Positions 36,601 through 46,035 of a DNA stretch of 64,000 bases are shown one piece after another. Position 1 is the stretch's first letter. Each line of letters starts with the position of its first letter. The stretch is from Magallana gigas (taxonomy: Eukaryota), in contig NC_088856.1 in NCBI RefSeq assembly GCF_963853765.1, forward strand, positions 6,200,001-6,264,000. The letters are read 5' to 3'. The position numbers and the translations under genes are program-made. The notes under the pieces were generated by a model. The model saw nothing but the letters and a program-made list of their open reading frames with translations, had not been told where the DNA came from and ran no database searches.

Positions 36601-39600
36601 ATGCAAGAATTCTGCATATAAATTACATCAGGTTCAAAATTTAGCTAAGCAAACAAAAACAGTTCCTCGAAAATAAAAATGATTGGAGAGCGTCTGCTAT
36701 CCAGAACTTACTTTAAGGTGGAATAACACACCTGGAAAAAGTCACTCAAATTAACAGTACCGGTAAATTATTTAGTTATGAAAGATATAATGATAAATTA
36801 ACTATATATATGTCAAATAACGAAAAAATTTGTAGCTTGGGGATAAAAAATGATTATCTAAAAAATTCAATTTGATAAGTAACAATAAAAGACCCTATTG
36901 ATTCTAACTTGTGATGTGCGAATCACAAGTCCGACACTTTATCCACTCAGCTATGAAGTAATTTACATTTATGGTCAATAAAATCCTTTGAATAAAAATA
37001 AAAAAAGAGGTCAGCCATTTTGTGATGATGTGTTATTCCACCTTAATTGTTTATTATAAAAAAAAATTATCTACTTATTAATGGCACCAATCGACATTTT
37101 ACAAACGTCGATTTGTAAGTTATGAAGATTCATTAATAATTAAAATAAACTTGTTAATGAGGTTGATATATTCTTAAACTGATTTTGATTTGTTTAAAAA
37201 TGTTATATATATTAATAACATACATGTAAATATACCATGCCTTTAGGGCAATATACCAGAATGTTTTTCCCAAAGTGTCAGGAAAACCCTAGAGTGTTTT
37301 GTCGCCCATGATGTCGAAAAGAAATTTAATACATTATATAACATTACAAAATACTGTATATAGGGAATTTTTTACTCCAGATGTATATTAGCCCCATTGG
37401 CTCTCATTGAAAGTGTGGGCTAACAGGCTTAGTTGGAAACTGCAAGACTTAGTTACTTCTCTTTAACCACATATATGTTAGGGCAAAAATAACCTTGCAT
37501 ACAGTAGTATGTGTAAATGAACACAGATTAATGGACACCCATATTATCTATGACATTCATTGTTTTGGTAGGTGCCAGGACTGGCTGAGAACAGACCGTC
37601 CGTCCTGAGGGGGGATCATCTCTACGTTTGGTCAGGGAACAGTCGCAAAGAATACCAGGGCTATGTCCACGAAGTTTATCTGAAAGAGGTGGCCCTGGGA
37701 TTCCATCCTAGGTAACAAGTCTTGTCCTGAATAAAGAAGGACAATTTATTTCTCTGAAACATGAATAATGAATATTCGGTGAATGTGGCTGATTATTTAT
37801 ACCTTAACCCACATGAGAAATATTCCTTCACATATTTCAAAGACTATCATTAAAACTTTCGAAGGTTAACTCTAAAGTCATTGATTGTTTTGTTAAATAC
37901 AGCTGATAGAAGTATAGTTATTATAGTTTTACAACCTTGCTGACATTAAATGGGAGACAACTTTCTCCTATGTGGTTTCCCTTTCAGTTTTGTGTCTAGC
38001 TTTGTCAATAAGAGTAAGTTCAATGTGCGTTTCAACTTTAACCGCCTGCCCCTGAAGCTTCAGTACCGCGCCTGTGAACTGGCCGAGGAGGAGGGACTGG
38101 AGAGTCTACTGTTCCCTACCCCCAGCAATATCTGCACACGGACCATGTATTCCCTCCCACCCAACAGGAAGTATGTGTCAATTATCAAAAGGGGAAATAA
38201 TTTTAGTAGCTGCAATAGTTTAATTCACCAATCACATTTTACATAGCTAGAAATGTTAAATTTTTGGTCCTTTTAAAAGCCTGAGCTGAATTACTGTAGA
38301 TTTCTATTTAAGCGCGAGGAATTAATTTCCACGTAAAATCACGAGAGACAACCCTCATGGATTTTAATATCTCACTTTTCTTTTTCAGACAGTTTTGAAG
38401 TAAAGTAAATTATAGCAAAACATTGGTGATTGCAATTATATATTGTCACGATTTGATACAAAACAATGGAATTGCAAAATTAAGTTCTTGTAAAATAAGG
38501 AATTTACAGTATTTACATGTAAATGTGTAGTCAAATAAACTTTGTTGTCAGTATGCTAAACACGGATTTGTCCAACAGAATTCAAGAAAATTGACAATAC
38601 TGTATCAATACATTGTATCGTAGAAGTTTTCTCTAGGTTAACATTCTAGGCAAGTTCAAGGTTGAATAGTTTTTCAGTACTTCTGTAATTCATTCAAAAT
38701 ATATACAATGTACATATTTGCATAAATATAAACAGGTTCTTTGACGCAAAGATAGAGTCTAATAGAGAACAACAGCTGGCAGTGACTAACATTGTGAAAG
38801 GAACCTCCCGCCCTGCCCCATACATTGTGTTTGGACCCCCAGGGACAGGGAAAACGGTCACCATTGTAGAGGCTCTACTCCAGGTATGATATAATGGTGG
38901 AAAGGGTTTATTGTCACACTGGCTGCTCTCCATGATTTTTAATGTCTAATTTTTTAAATATACATGTTCTTGCCAACTTCAATTTTGCAGCTCCAACATT
39001 ATACTTTTGTAGTTAGAAGTGATGAGAATCCATTTGTTTTACATTGCATGTATCCTGCTATTCTACGTGTTGTATTATGGTATGTTTTGATTTATTTGTT
39101 TAGATTCATAAGTTCCAGTCAGATTCTCACATCTTGGCTTGTGCTCCCTCCAACAGTGCTGCTGATTTACTGGCAGAGCGGATTCTCAACAGTAAAATCG
39201 TTGCCAAGAAGCAGCTGCTACGTCTAAACGCTGCCTCCCGGGCTTGGATGAATGTGTCGGAGAAGATCAAAGACTGCTGTAACTACAGCAAGATGAGTGG
39301 TCAGTACTACTTTCCCGACGTGGACCAGCTCAAGACGTACCGCGTGATCATCACCACACTGACTACCGCGGGGAGGTAGGTGGGGCTTGGTAAACCACAA
39401 ACATGTGGCACAGATCATCCCTAAGACAATGTCAGACACCACAATACACGTCACACATCAGCCGTGAAAATCATTTTTATTCCCAGGTTTCATAAAATAT
39501 TGCTTATACTGTTGAGAACCACCTTCATGCAGTCAATTAACATTGTTTGATATGCAAAGTTTTTAAAATGTTTTAACAAAGTATGAGTATCAGTAGTTTT

Positions 39601-42600
39601 GTGCTATTGTTGATTAGAATTCTGATCATACATGGTGTTCTGTTAAGTGTCAAATCAATGATATGAATAATAGTTTGAATAACATCTTACTGAGAAAGAA
39701 ACTTGGGATGTTATTTAGAGTGTAAAGCCTTGCTAACTCTTTCTGTTTTCACAGATTGGCCTCAGCTAATTTCCCTGTCGGTCACTTCACTCATGTCTTC
39801 ATTGATGAGTCAGGTCAGGCTATAGAGCCCGAGGCCCTGATAGCGGTGGCAGGGATACTGACCATAGACCCCGGGATCCACTGTGGTCAGTTAGTGCTGG
39901 CGGGGGACCCCCAACAGCTAGGACCAATCCTGAGGTCCCCCATAGCCCAGGAGTACGACCTAGGTAAGGGAAACACTGGGTGATTATACTTGTGATTACA
40001 TGTTGGATCACTTTAGTTCACAAGAGGAAGTCTAAACTTCATTTATCAAGGTACATGTATATAACAAATTGAAAATTTTGTCAACAATTACAATTATCGG
40101 TAGATATTATTTAAAATTTTCTTGTGAACCAGTGGCAGATTCTTAAGGTTTGTTTTGAATTGGATTTCCATTCTAATATCTCTTTTATTTAAAATTTAAT
40201 TTCTTTTTTTACGATCAGGAATATCTCTATTGGAGAGATACATGAACCAAGTACAGGTGTACCAACGCAAAGGGATCAAGGATGGGCCAGCCGATCACTA
40301 TGACAACAGAATAATCACCAAACTGTTGAGAAACTATCGCTCCCACCCTGCCATTTTACACTATCCCAATGAGACATTTTATGACGGAGAGCTTATGCCG
40401 CAAGCTGATGAAGGTATAAGAACCTGTTTATGTGGGTGGGAGGAACTGCCCAACAAAAAGGTCCCCATAATTTTTCATGGGGTCACAGGAAAAGACCAGA
40501 GGGAGGAGAGAAGTCCGTCGTTCTTTAACCCCGAGGAGGCAGCTGTGGTGTTCAGTTACGTGAGGAAGTTACTGATAGAGAAGAAGGGGGGCATGCAGAT
40601 AAAACAGCAGCAGATAGGGATCATTACTCCTTACAGAAAACAGGTAATGGTTGTTGTTACTCTTAATATAATGTAAGCTTAATGTCACTACCACACATAG
40701 AAAATTGGTTACAGAAATGGGACTCATATACTAGTAGGTCTTAATGGAAAATAGAAATTTTTTTTTTAAAAACCTATAGCTAAATTTACATTGAATTAAT
40801 TATTTGTAAATTTTTTTGTTTTTTATAGGAATGCTTTTGTTTAAAAGAAAGTACATGTAATTCACATTAAAAGATGAACAAAAAACAAATTTTTCTTTAC
40901 TTAAATCTTGTGTGTGTAATTCTAAAAAAACAATCACTTACATTCATTTTTCTCGACAACAGGTCCAGAAGATTCGGCAGCTGCTGAAGAAGGGTAAGTT
41001 TGAGGACATAGACGTGGGCTCTGTGGAGGAGTTTCAGGGTCAGGAGAGACTGATTATCATCGTGTCCACCGTCCGATGTAACCCAGAGTACCTCTCCCTC
41101 GACTTCAAACACAACCTGGGCTTCCTCAGGAACCCAAAGGTAAATACCCGGCTCTCAAATCCTGCGAAGGACTGGTCACTCTTTCATGTTTTACTTTGTG
41201 CTTTATATGATTTTTATACTCTGGATGCTTCTCCATTTATTACTTTTATTGGAATTTCATCATTATGAGTTAATGTGATTGATTTTGCTTGTAGAGACTA
41301 AATGTGACCTTAACCCGTGCCAAAGCCTTACTAATTGTAATAGGGGACCCAAATACTCTCTCCCAGGACAAGTACTGGAAGGGGTAAGTACTCGGTACCT
41401 ACTGATTGTAATAGGGGACCCATTGGCAAATACTCTCTCCCAGGACAAGTACTGGAAGGGGTAAGAACTTGGTACACTGTATTTACTGATTGTAATATGG
41501 GAATTAACTCAGCACTATGTAGCCTCCCTGACTTGAAAGTACTAGAAATTTTAACTATGACATCACACAAAACAACAAGTCATAAAAAAAAAGATTATCG
41601 GTACCATGTGTTCTTTTTTTTTTATATTAATACAAATATCCCCGACTTGACTACCGGTAGGTTTGATGCGAATAGTTATGATAGTTCCTGAACATACCGT
41701 ACCATTAATGTGATTTAACAAGATGGAAAGCTAAAATGTTGATCTTGGTGAAGTTGTTGTGTGATCCTTTACGATTGGGTGGCTATGAACAAATGGTAAA
41801 CCAACTTTTATTCGAAAAGCTTCATTTGCAGTGAATAATTCTAGTGACCAACCCTAGATAGATGTTTTGAAATCTATATTAAAACTTACCGGGTATATTA
41901 CACTTATATATTATAATAAAATCATATTAAAACAATGATTGGCAGTTAAAAATATTCACACCAAGGAGGCTACTAGCACTGTGCCACATAAAATTAAGTT
42001 GGTATACAGTTTATATATATTACAGACAAACAGACCAACTGTGGTCAATGATTTCAGTACATTTAAAAAGGCATGATTAGTTAAACGTGTGGCCAAACTT
42101 GATATGTTCATCTGCTACAGTTCCAATGTTATAACAGTTCGGTAAAGTTTTGCTGACAAAAAGTCAGCAAGAGGGGAAAAAAAGGGTACAGAATGGAATT
42201 AAAGGTATACCTTGTTATTGTGTGAAGCAGCTCAGCCGACAATTACTGATCTACATCACTTGTGTACAGGTTCATAGACTTCTGTGTGGCCAGCAAGGCG
42301 TACACTGGTGTGGATTTCGTGGAAGATGATGAGATGGTGGATGATATCATGGAGCGTCTTGACGCCATCAACCTGAAGGGGGGCGTGTCCGAGGAGGAGG
42401 AGGGTCAGTAAGGGGGGCGTGTCCGAGGAGGAGGGTCAGTAGGGGGAGGGATTGTTGAAATTCAAAATAAATTTAAGTTTTAATTCAGAATTTAAATCTA
42501 TGAATTCAAACTCTAATCATGGATTTGGAGTAAGTGCCCAGGCTCTCAATATATTGAATTTATTTAGAAAAAAAGACCAATTATCAGTATGACATACTGT

Positions 42601-43790
42601 GGAATCATTTTTATTCGTGATGGTCAATTTTCGTGGGTAGCCAAAAATTTCCTGGTTTGTGAGGACTTAATATTAAACATATGCATATATAAACTGTAGC
42701 TTCCTTATTAAATGCGAGGAATTAATATCAGCGTAAAATTGTGATAATCAACTATTGCAAACTTTATAATCTCGCTTTTATTTTTCAGCAAGTTTTGAAC
42801 TCTATGAAATTATAACAGAAATATGTTGCTCATGATTTCATATTCACGCGGTTTTGATGCAAAACAGCAGACTCGAGGAATTAAATACTTGTGTAAAATA
42901 AGGAATTTACAGTACATTCATGGGATGTAGATTCGTGGGCAAGGGTTACCAGCCAAAGCCATGAACTTTGGCCCCCCACAAACAATAATGATTCCACAGT
43001 ATTGAATGTATTTTTATTACTCCTATTTCTCTGGCAAAACCCAGATCTTTTTATCTTTTTTTTTATCACCCCATTACTATAAAATACATGATACTTTATA
43101 GTACATAGGGGTGGTCAAAAATACATGATGACCATTGAGCACCTATGGCTTTAAAAAAAAGGTTTTTTCTGCTGACATGAATATTTGAAAGAAAAAAAAA
43201 ACCATGAGTGAATTGTTGTACCATTATAAATGGATGATTGATGTTTAATTCACTCCTCTGCACTGGATCTACATCGCGTTAAACTCTATCACACCACGTT
43301 AATAAAAAGAGATCAGTTCTGGCAGTTTTATTCCATCCTGACCAGGTTTTATCTATGAATTAATTGTTAGAATTCATATAGCTGTCTTTCATTTGCAAAT
43401 TGATTTAAATTTATTGATGTGTAAATTTATAATGGCCTTTAGTTTAAAGATGTCAACAAAAGGAGGCCACATGGAAGACTTATTCAATTCGCTATTCGTC
43501 TTTTTGCAGATTTCATTACCTGCATCCCGTTAGCTTTAGTGTTGTCATTTAACTAAATGATGAAAATAAATAGGCTTCTCCTTCACAATTTAAGCCATTA
43601 ATTTTCCTCATTCAGATTCCAGGCCATAGTAGATGAAAGAGATTGCATTATGTAACGGAATAAAATAAACGTCGAGATAACTCAGTAAATGTGTTTTTTC
43701 GTGCATTTTTATGCAGATGATGATGATCCAGGGGACGAATTTATTCGGCCCAGTGAACACGACGAGAAAGAATGGCGGAAAGACATTTGA
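27329..43790 (+). CDS. MOV10: MOV10-type RNA helicase (Upf1-like SF1), spliced gene, 16 coding exons, 1099 aa in this model
   Basis: Exons 27329-27626,28027-28396,28877-29121,30068-30308,34646-34786,36116-36269,37572-37711,37988-38170,38736-38883,39104-39375,39755-39963,40219-40643,40963-41139,41295-41383,42270-42403,43717-43790 join in frame (3300 nt). Motifs: [88 protein letters not shown]. The N-terminus and C-terminal EWRKDI resemble MOV10 (EWRNEL) rather than MOV10L1/Armitage. Confidence 0.95.
28027..28396 (+). CDS. MOV10: MOV10 coding exon 2 (S/P-rich linker plus C-X2-C-X12-H-X5-H zinc finger)
   Basis: ctatag acceptor (NAGNAG), open frame, AG|gttctt donor; phases 1 and 2 match the flanking exons. 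Confidence 0.8.
28427..28627. mobile_element. TA-flanked CTGTA MITE (degenerate)
   Basis: ta|CTGTAAAC ... TCTACAG|ta; CpG-retaining interior. Confidence 0.55.
28877..29121 (+). CDS. MOV10: MOV10 coding exon 3 ([14 protein letters not shown]...)
   Basis: ttgaag acceptor, G|gtaggt donor, ORF 28884-29165. Confidence 0.88.
29448..30001. mobile_element. Foldback/Mutator-like MITE, TIRs of about 156 bp, 11-bp TSD
   Basis: Arms 29448-29604 and 29846-30001 are near-perfect inverted repeats (AGCTGCAGAACTGT...); ATATTACATGT is duplicated at 29437-29447 and 30002-30012. Confidence 0.9.
30068..30308 (+). CDS. MOV10: MOV10 coding exon 4 ([10 protein letters not shown]...[26 protein letters not shown]...)
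   Basis: tttgtag acceptor, AA|gtatga donor; aligns to MOV10 FYIARFL..AQLKPMTPFK. Confidence 0.9.
30541..31050 (+). repeat. 22-bp minisatellite in MOV10 intron 4
   Basis: Unit acagtgcatttacaaagctctc, homogeneous core with diverged ends; explains spurious ORFs 30494-31149. Confidence 0.95.
31672..33145 (+). mobile_element. Helentron/HINE-like non-autonomous element with an internal 177-bp tandem array
   Basis: (CGGCGT)n microsatellite 31702-31726, then monomers marked by TTCACCAAACTT-like cores at 31785, 31962, 32139, 32316 (177-nt period), 32474, 32730, 32888. Confidence 0.75.
33170..34170. repeat. About 1 kb degenerate AT-rich pentamer-periodic simple repeat
   Basis: ATATG/ATACA/ATATT/GTATC units in both orientations. 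Confidence 0.85.
34646..34786 (+). CDS. MOV10: MOV10 coding exon 5 ([22 protein letters not shown]...)
   Basis: tttcag acceptor, AG|gtatgg donor, phases 2 and 2. Confidence 0.88.
34974..35769. mobile_element. TA-flanked non-autonomous DNA element (CTGTAGACGTA termini)
   Basis: ta|CTGTAGACGTA ... TACGTCTACAG|ta; CpG-rich interior, no ORF. Confidence 0.85.
36116..36269 (+). CDS. MOV10: MOV10 coding exon 6 ([36 protein letters not shown]...)
   Basis: tttcag acceptor, GAG|gtgcgt donor, conserved EELQME.DIR.YD. Confidence 0.95.
36717..37042. mobile_element. TTAA-flanked Kolobok-like MITE carrying a tRNA-like segment
   Basis: ttaa|GGTGGAATAACACA ... TGTGTTATTCCACC|ttaa, perfect 14-bp TIR. Confidence 0.85.
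36896..36956 (-). pseudogene. Degenerate tRNA-like sequence inside the MITE
   Basis: Minus strand TAGCTGAGTGGATAAAGTGTCGGACTTGTGATTCGCACATCACAAGTTAGAATC: A-box-like and degenerate B-box-like motifs; no intact cloverleaf. Confidence 0.5.
37354..37504. mobile_element. TA-flanked CTGTAT-type MITE (related copy near 21457-21648)
   Basis: ta|CTGTATATAGGG ... ACCTTGCATACAG|ta. Confidence 0.65.
37572..37711 (+). CDS. MOV10: MOV10 coding exon 7 ([19 protein letters not shown]...)
   Basis: ggtag acceptor, AG|gtaaca donor, conserved RPSVLRGD. Confidence 0.95.
37988..38170 (+). CDS. MOV10: MOV10 coding exon 8 ([31 protein letters not shown]...)
   Basis: ctttcag acceptor, AA|gtatgt donor, conserved F.FNR.PL..Q.RA. 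Confidence 0.93.
38294..38509. mobile_element. TA-flanked MITE, same family as 42694-42912 and 22878-23049
   Basis: ta|CTGTAGATTTCTATTTAAGCGCGAGGAATTAAT ... AAAATAAGGAATTTACAG|ta. Confidence 0.8.
38736..38883 (+). CDS. MOV10: MOV10 coding exon 9 (Walker [10 protein letters not shown])
   Basis: aaacag acceptor, CAG|gtatga donor. Confidence 0.96.
39104..39375 (+). CDS. MOV10: MOV10 coding exon 10 (motif Ia [12 protein letters not shown])
   Basis: gtttag acceptor, AG|gtaggt donor. Confidence 0.96.
39755..39963 (+). CDS. MOV10: MOV10 coding exon 11 (motifs II and III: [17 protein letters not shown])
   Basis: tcacag acceptor, G|gtaagg donor. Confidence 0.96.
40219..40643 (+). CDS. MOV10: MOV10 coding exon 12 (ISLLERY...LLRNYRSHP...GIITPYRKQ)
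   Basis: gatcag acceptor, CAG|gtaatg donor, ORF 40230-40676. Confidence 0.96.
40963..41139 (+). CDS. MOV10: MOV10 coding exon 13 (motif [11 protein letters not shown])
   Basis: caacag acceptor, AAG|gtaaat donor. Confidence 0.96.
41295..41383 (+). CDS. MOV10: MOV10 coding exon 14 (motif [21 protein letters not shown])
   Basis: ttgtag acceptor, GG|gtaagt donor. Confidence 0.95.
41330..41505 (+). repeat. Tandem duplication of the MOV10 exon 14 3' half and donor
   Basis: Second copy at 41401-41466 with a 6-nt insertion and donor GG|gtaaga at 41461; partial third copy at 41485. Confidence 0.92.
42270..42403 (+). CDS. MOV10: MOV10 coding exon 15 ([16 protein letters not shown]...)
   Basis: gtacag acceptor, G|gtcagt donor; aligns to MOV10 FLEFCKENGGYTG. 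Confidence 0.92.
42376..42445 (+). repeat. Tandem duplication of the MOV10 exon 15 end and donor
   Basis: aaggggggcgtgtccgaggaggag(gag)g|gtcagta twice, donors at 42404 and 42435. Confidence 0.9.
42597..42999. mobile_element. TA-flanked MITE (CTGTGGAATCATT TIR) with a second MITE nested at about 42694-42912
   Basis: Perfect 13-bp outer TIR with TA duplication; inner element CTGTAGCTTCCTTATT ... AATAAGGAATTTACAG. Confidence 0.82.
43717..43790 (+). CDS. MOV10: MOV10 coding exon 16 ([24 protein letters not shown])
   Basis: atgcag acceptor, phase 1, TGA at 43788-43790; EWRKDI matches the MOV10 C-terminal EWRNEL. Confidence 0.88.
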
Positions 43791-45395
43791 AGAGGTCAGG
43801 ACTCTAATGTGTCGCCCCCTACATCTACATCTACCAGAATATCTATCAAAAATTCCATCAATGAAAGCCAGTCTTTCCATCATGGTTTAATTACTAGCTG
43901 CACCACGACCAGTCGTTGATTGATGAATGCCGTGATGTTGCTGTCTTTATGTAAATGTTGCAGACTTTGGTAGGATTTCTTCGGGCGGCTGCAAAACAAT
44001 TTTTTTTAGTTCAGTTCAATGACACTTGGTATCTAATATCAAAAAGCTTGTAAATTTTTACTATTCCAACTGTTGCCTGCCCTTGAGGCAGAATTAATTT
44101 TTTTTTCTGCATGAGATTAAAAAAAAAAGGGAGAAGGTTCTTTTATCCTATCTTTATGCATCTTAATTAATTGACACAGTTTGATATGTGCCTTTTTAAT
44201 TACATCTTTTTTAATTGATTTGAGTTGATTTTACGCCTAATAATATAGTACATGTATTTTGTACATGTACTAATTACTTATAACTCTGCTGGCTATTGCT
44301 GGTTACTGGTAAATACATTGGTAATGGTACGTACTTTAGTAGCCTCTTAAGTTTTTTGATTAGTATATAGTTACTAATTAGACAAGCTGATAATTGTTCC
44401 ACAAACATTCCTCCTGGTCCTTAGTTTTCAGAATTCTATTTTAATGGAGAATGATTTTTTTTGCATGTCATTAAATGAATTCATTTAATCAGATTTTACA
44501 ATGTATGAGATCTAGAACGTGTGCTAGTTTGGTTTTATTTTTACACACAAATGTCCTAGTCATATTTCAGACCTTGACTTTTTCGTTTTTATTTTTTTGA
44601 TTAAGCAGTTACCTCTCTTTAATAGTTTTTAGTACCTTAACAAAGCCCACACATTCCTGCATCAAAATCAAACTGATGCAACAGATCTCCTGTTTTGTAG
44701 AAATCTTATATTTTAAACAAAGCTCTGTTTTCCATCATCTACTTGTCCAGAGTGGAATGTATGAACTGATCATTACTGTCCTATGACAAACATTTAACCA
44801 ACATCCATTTTAAACCAGTGAGGTCTAAATCAACTACTTTTATAGTATGATACCCGTAGGTTTTGCAAAATATTTTTAGAATGTCTTTACAATTCCTTTC
44901 TTATTATGGTGAAGATTTTTAGTACTTTCCTCGTGACATCTGTACATTTTGTTCTTTGTTTTGTTATCAAATTTTGATTGGCTAAGCCAACAATGAAAGT
45001 TGTGTGTGCTTGTGACTAGATGTTGTCTTATTACTGCTTTATAGATCAATGGTATCTGTGATACTATAAAGGATGTGGGATGTTGATAGGTAGAATTGAC
45101 CCTCTCTGTATGCTGCTACTGAAGAGGGGGAATTTCTAAACGTTTTCATAAACGGAATTTTGGAACACTACCAGCTTTTAACTATCAAAACAAGGCAGCC
45201 ATGCACTACAATGCACAGAGTGTGCATGCTTTCATGGAGGGGAGAATTGTAGATTTTTAGATCATTGATTTTACTTGCATGATTATATATTTTTACAACC
45301 AGCTCCACCCCAGTTGTTAATGAAGTTTTTTTAGGTAGACCAATGCACACTTTGTCCTGTATTGTGTTTGATAATTCTGTGCACTGATTCTATGT

Positions 45396-45401
45396 AATAA
45401 A
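45396..45401 (+). terminator. Probable MOV10 polyadenylation signal
   Basis: AATAAA followed by a GT-rich element, 1.6 kb after the stop, just before the change to CpG-rich repeat DNA. Confidence 0.5.
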
Positions 45402-45456
45402 ATGTAATGTTAAAGTTTGGTTGCTGTTGCGTTATTGGATTTACATTATAGCATTG

Positions 45457-46035
45457 AATCATGATTTTTTAAAGTATACACACTCATAACTGCAGCGATG
45501 TGTGCATACAAATTGAGTAACGCGCGTTAGCGCGTTATGAAAATTTGTATGCACACACCGCTGCAGTTATGAGTGTATACTTCCAAAAATTATGATTTAA
45601 TGCTTATATTTACATTTTTTAACTTCTTGCCTTGTCTGCAAATGTGATTCATACCTTAAAATTCCTATCTTATCCTAAGGGTAAGTTAATATTAATGGAA
45701 GAGCCGCAGTAACAGCCACAAGCGTGAACTTTGATTTTCGCTTGTGACGTTGCAGTTTACAGCGTTCAACGTTTGTGACGTCATGATAAAACTCGTCAAT
45801 TTAACCTTTGACTACTTGTTGCATTTAGAGGCATTTGAAGACCACAGAATTTAATGGAAAAACACAGTAGAATGTTAATATTGAACATTGCACAAACTTT
45901 TTTTCAGGAGCCTACAAAATACCAGTGTTATATGGGATAAGAAATTTCTCTTTGACTTTTATGGGATGATCATTACAGTCGGGCACGTGATAAAATCCAA
46001 TAAGGCCCAAGGGTTTTATCATGAAATTTGATCAC
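45457..46035. mobile_element. Non-autonomous element bounded by hairpins
   Basis: 141-bp imperfect palindrome 45457-45597 centred on TAACGCGC-GTTA-GCGCGTTA; second hairpin TGATAAAATCC..GGGTTTTATCA near 45988-46021. Confidence 0.7.

Noticed and set aside
27329-43790. MOV10L1/Armitage identity
   Set aside because: No long N-terminal OB-fold region; N-terminus and C-terminal EWRxxI/L match MOV10
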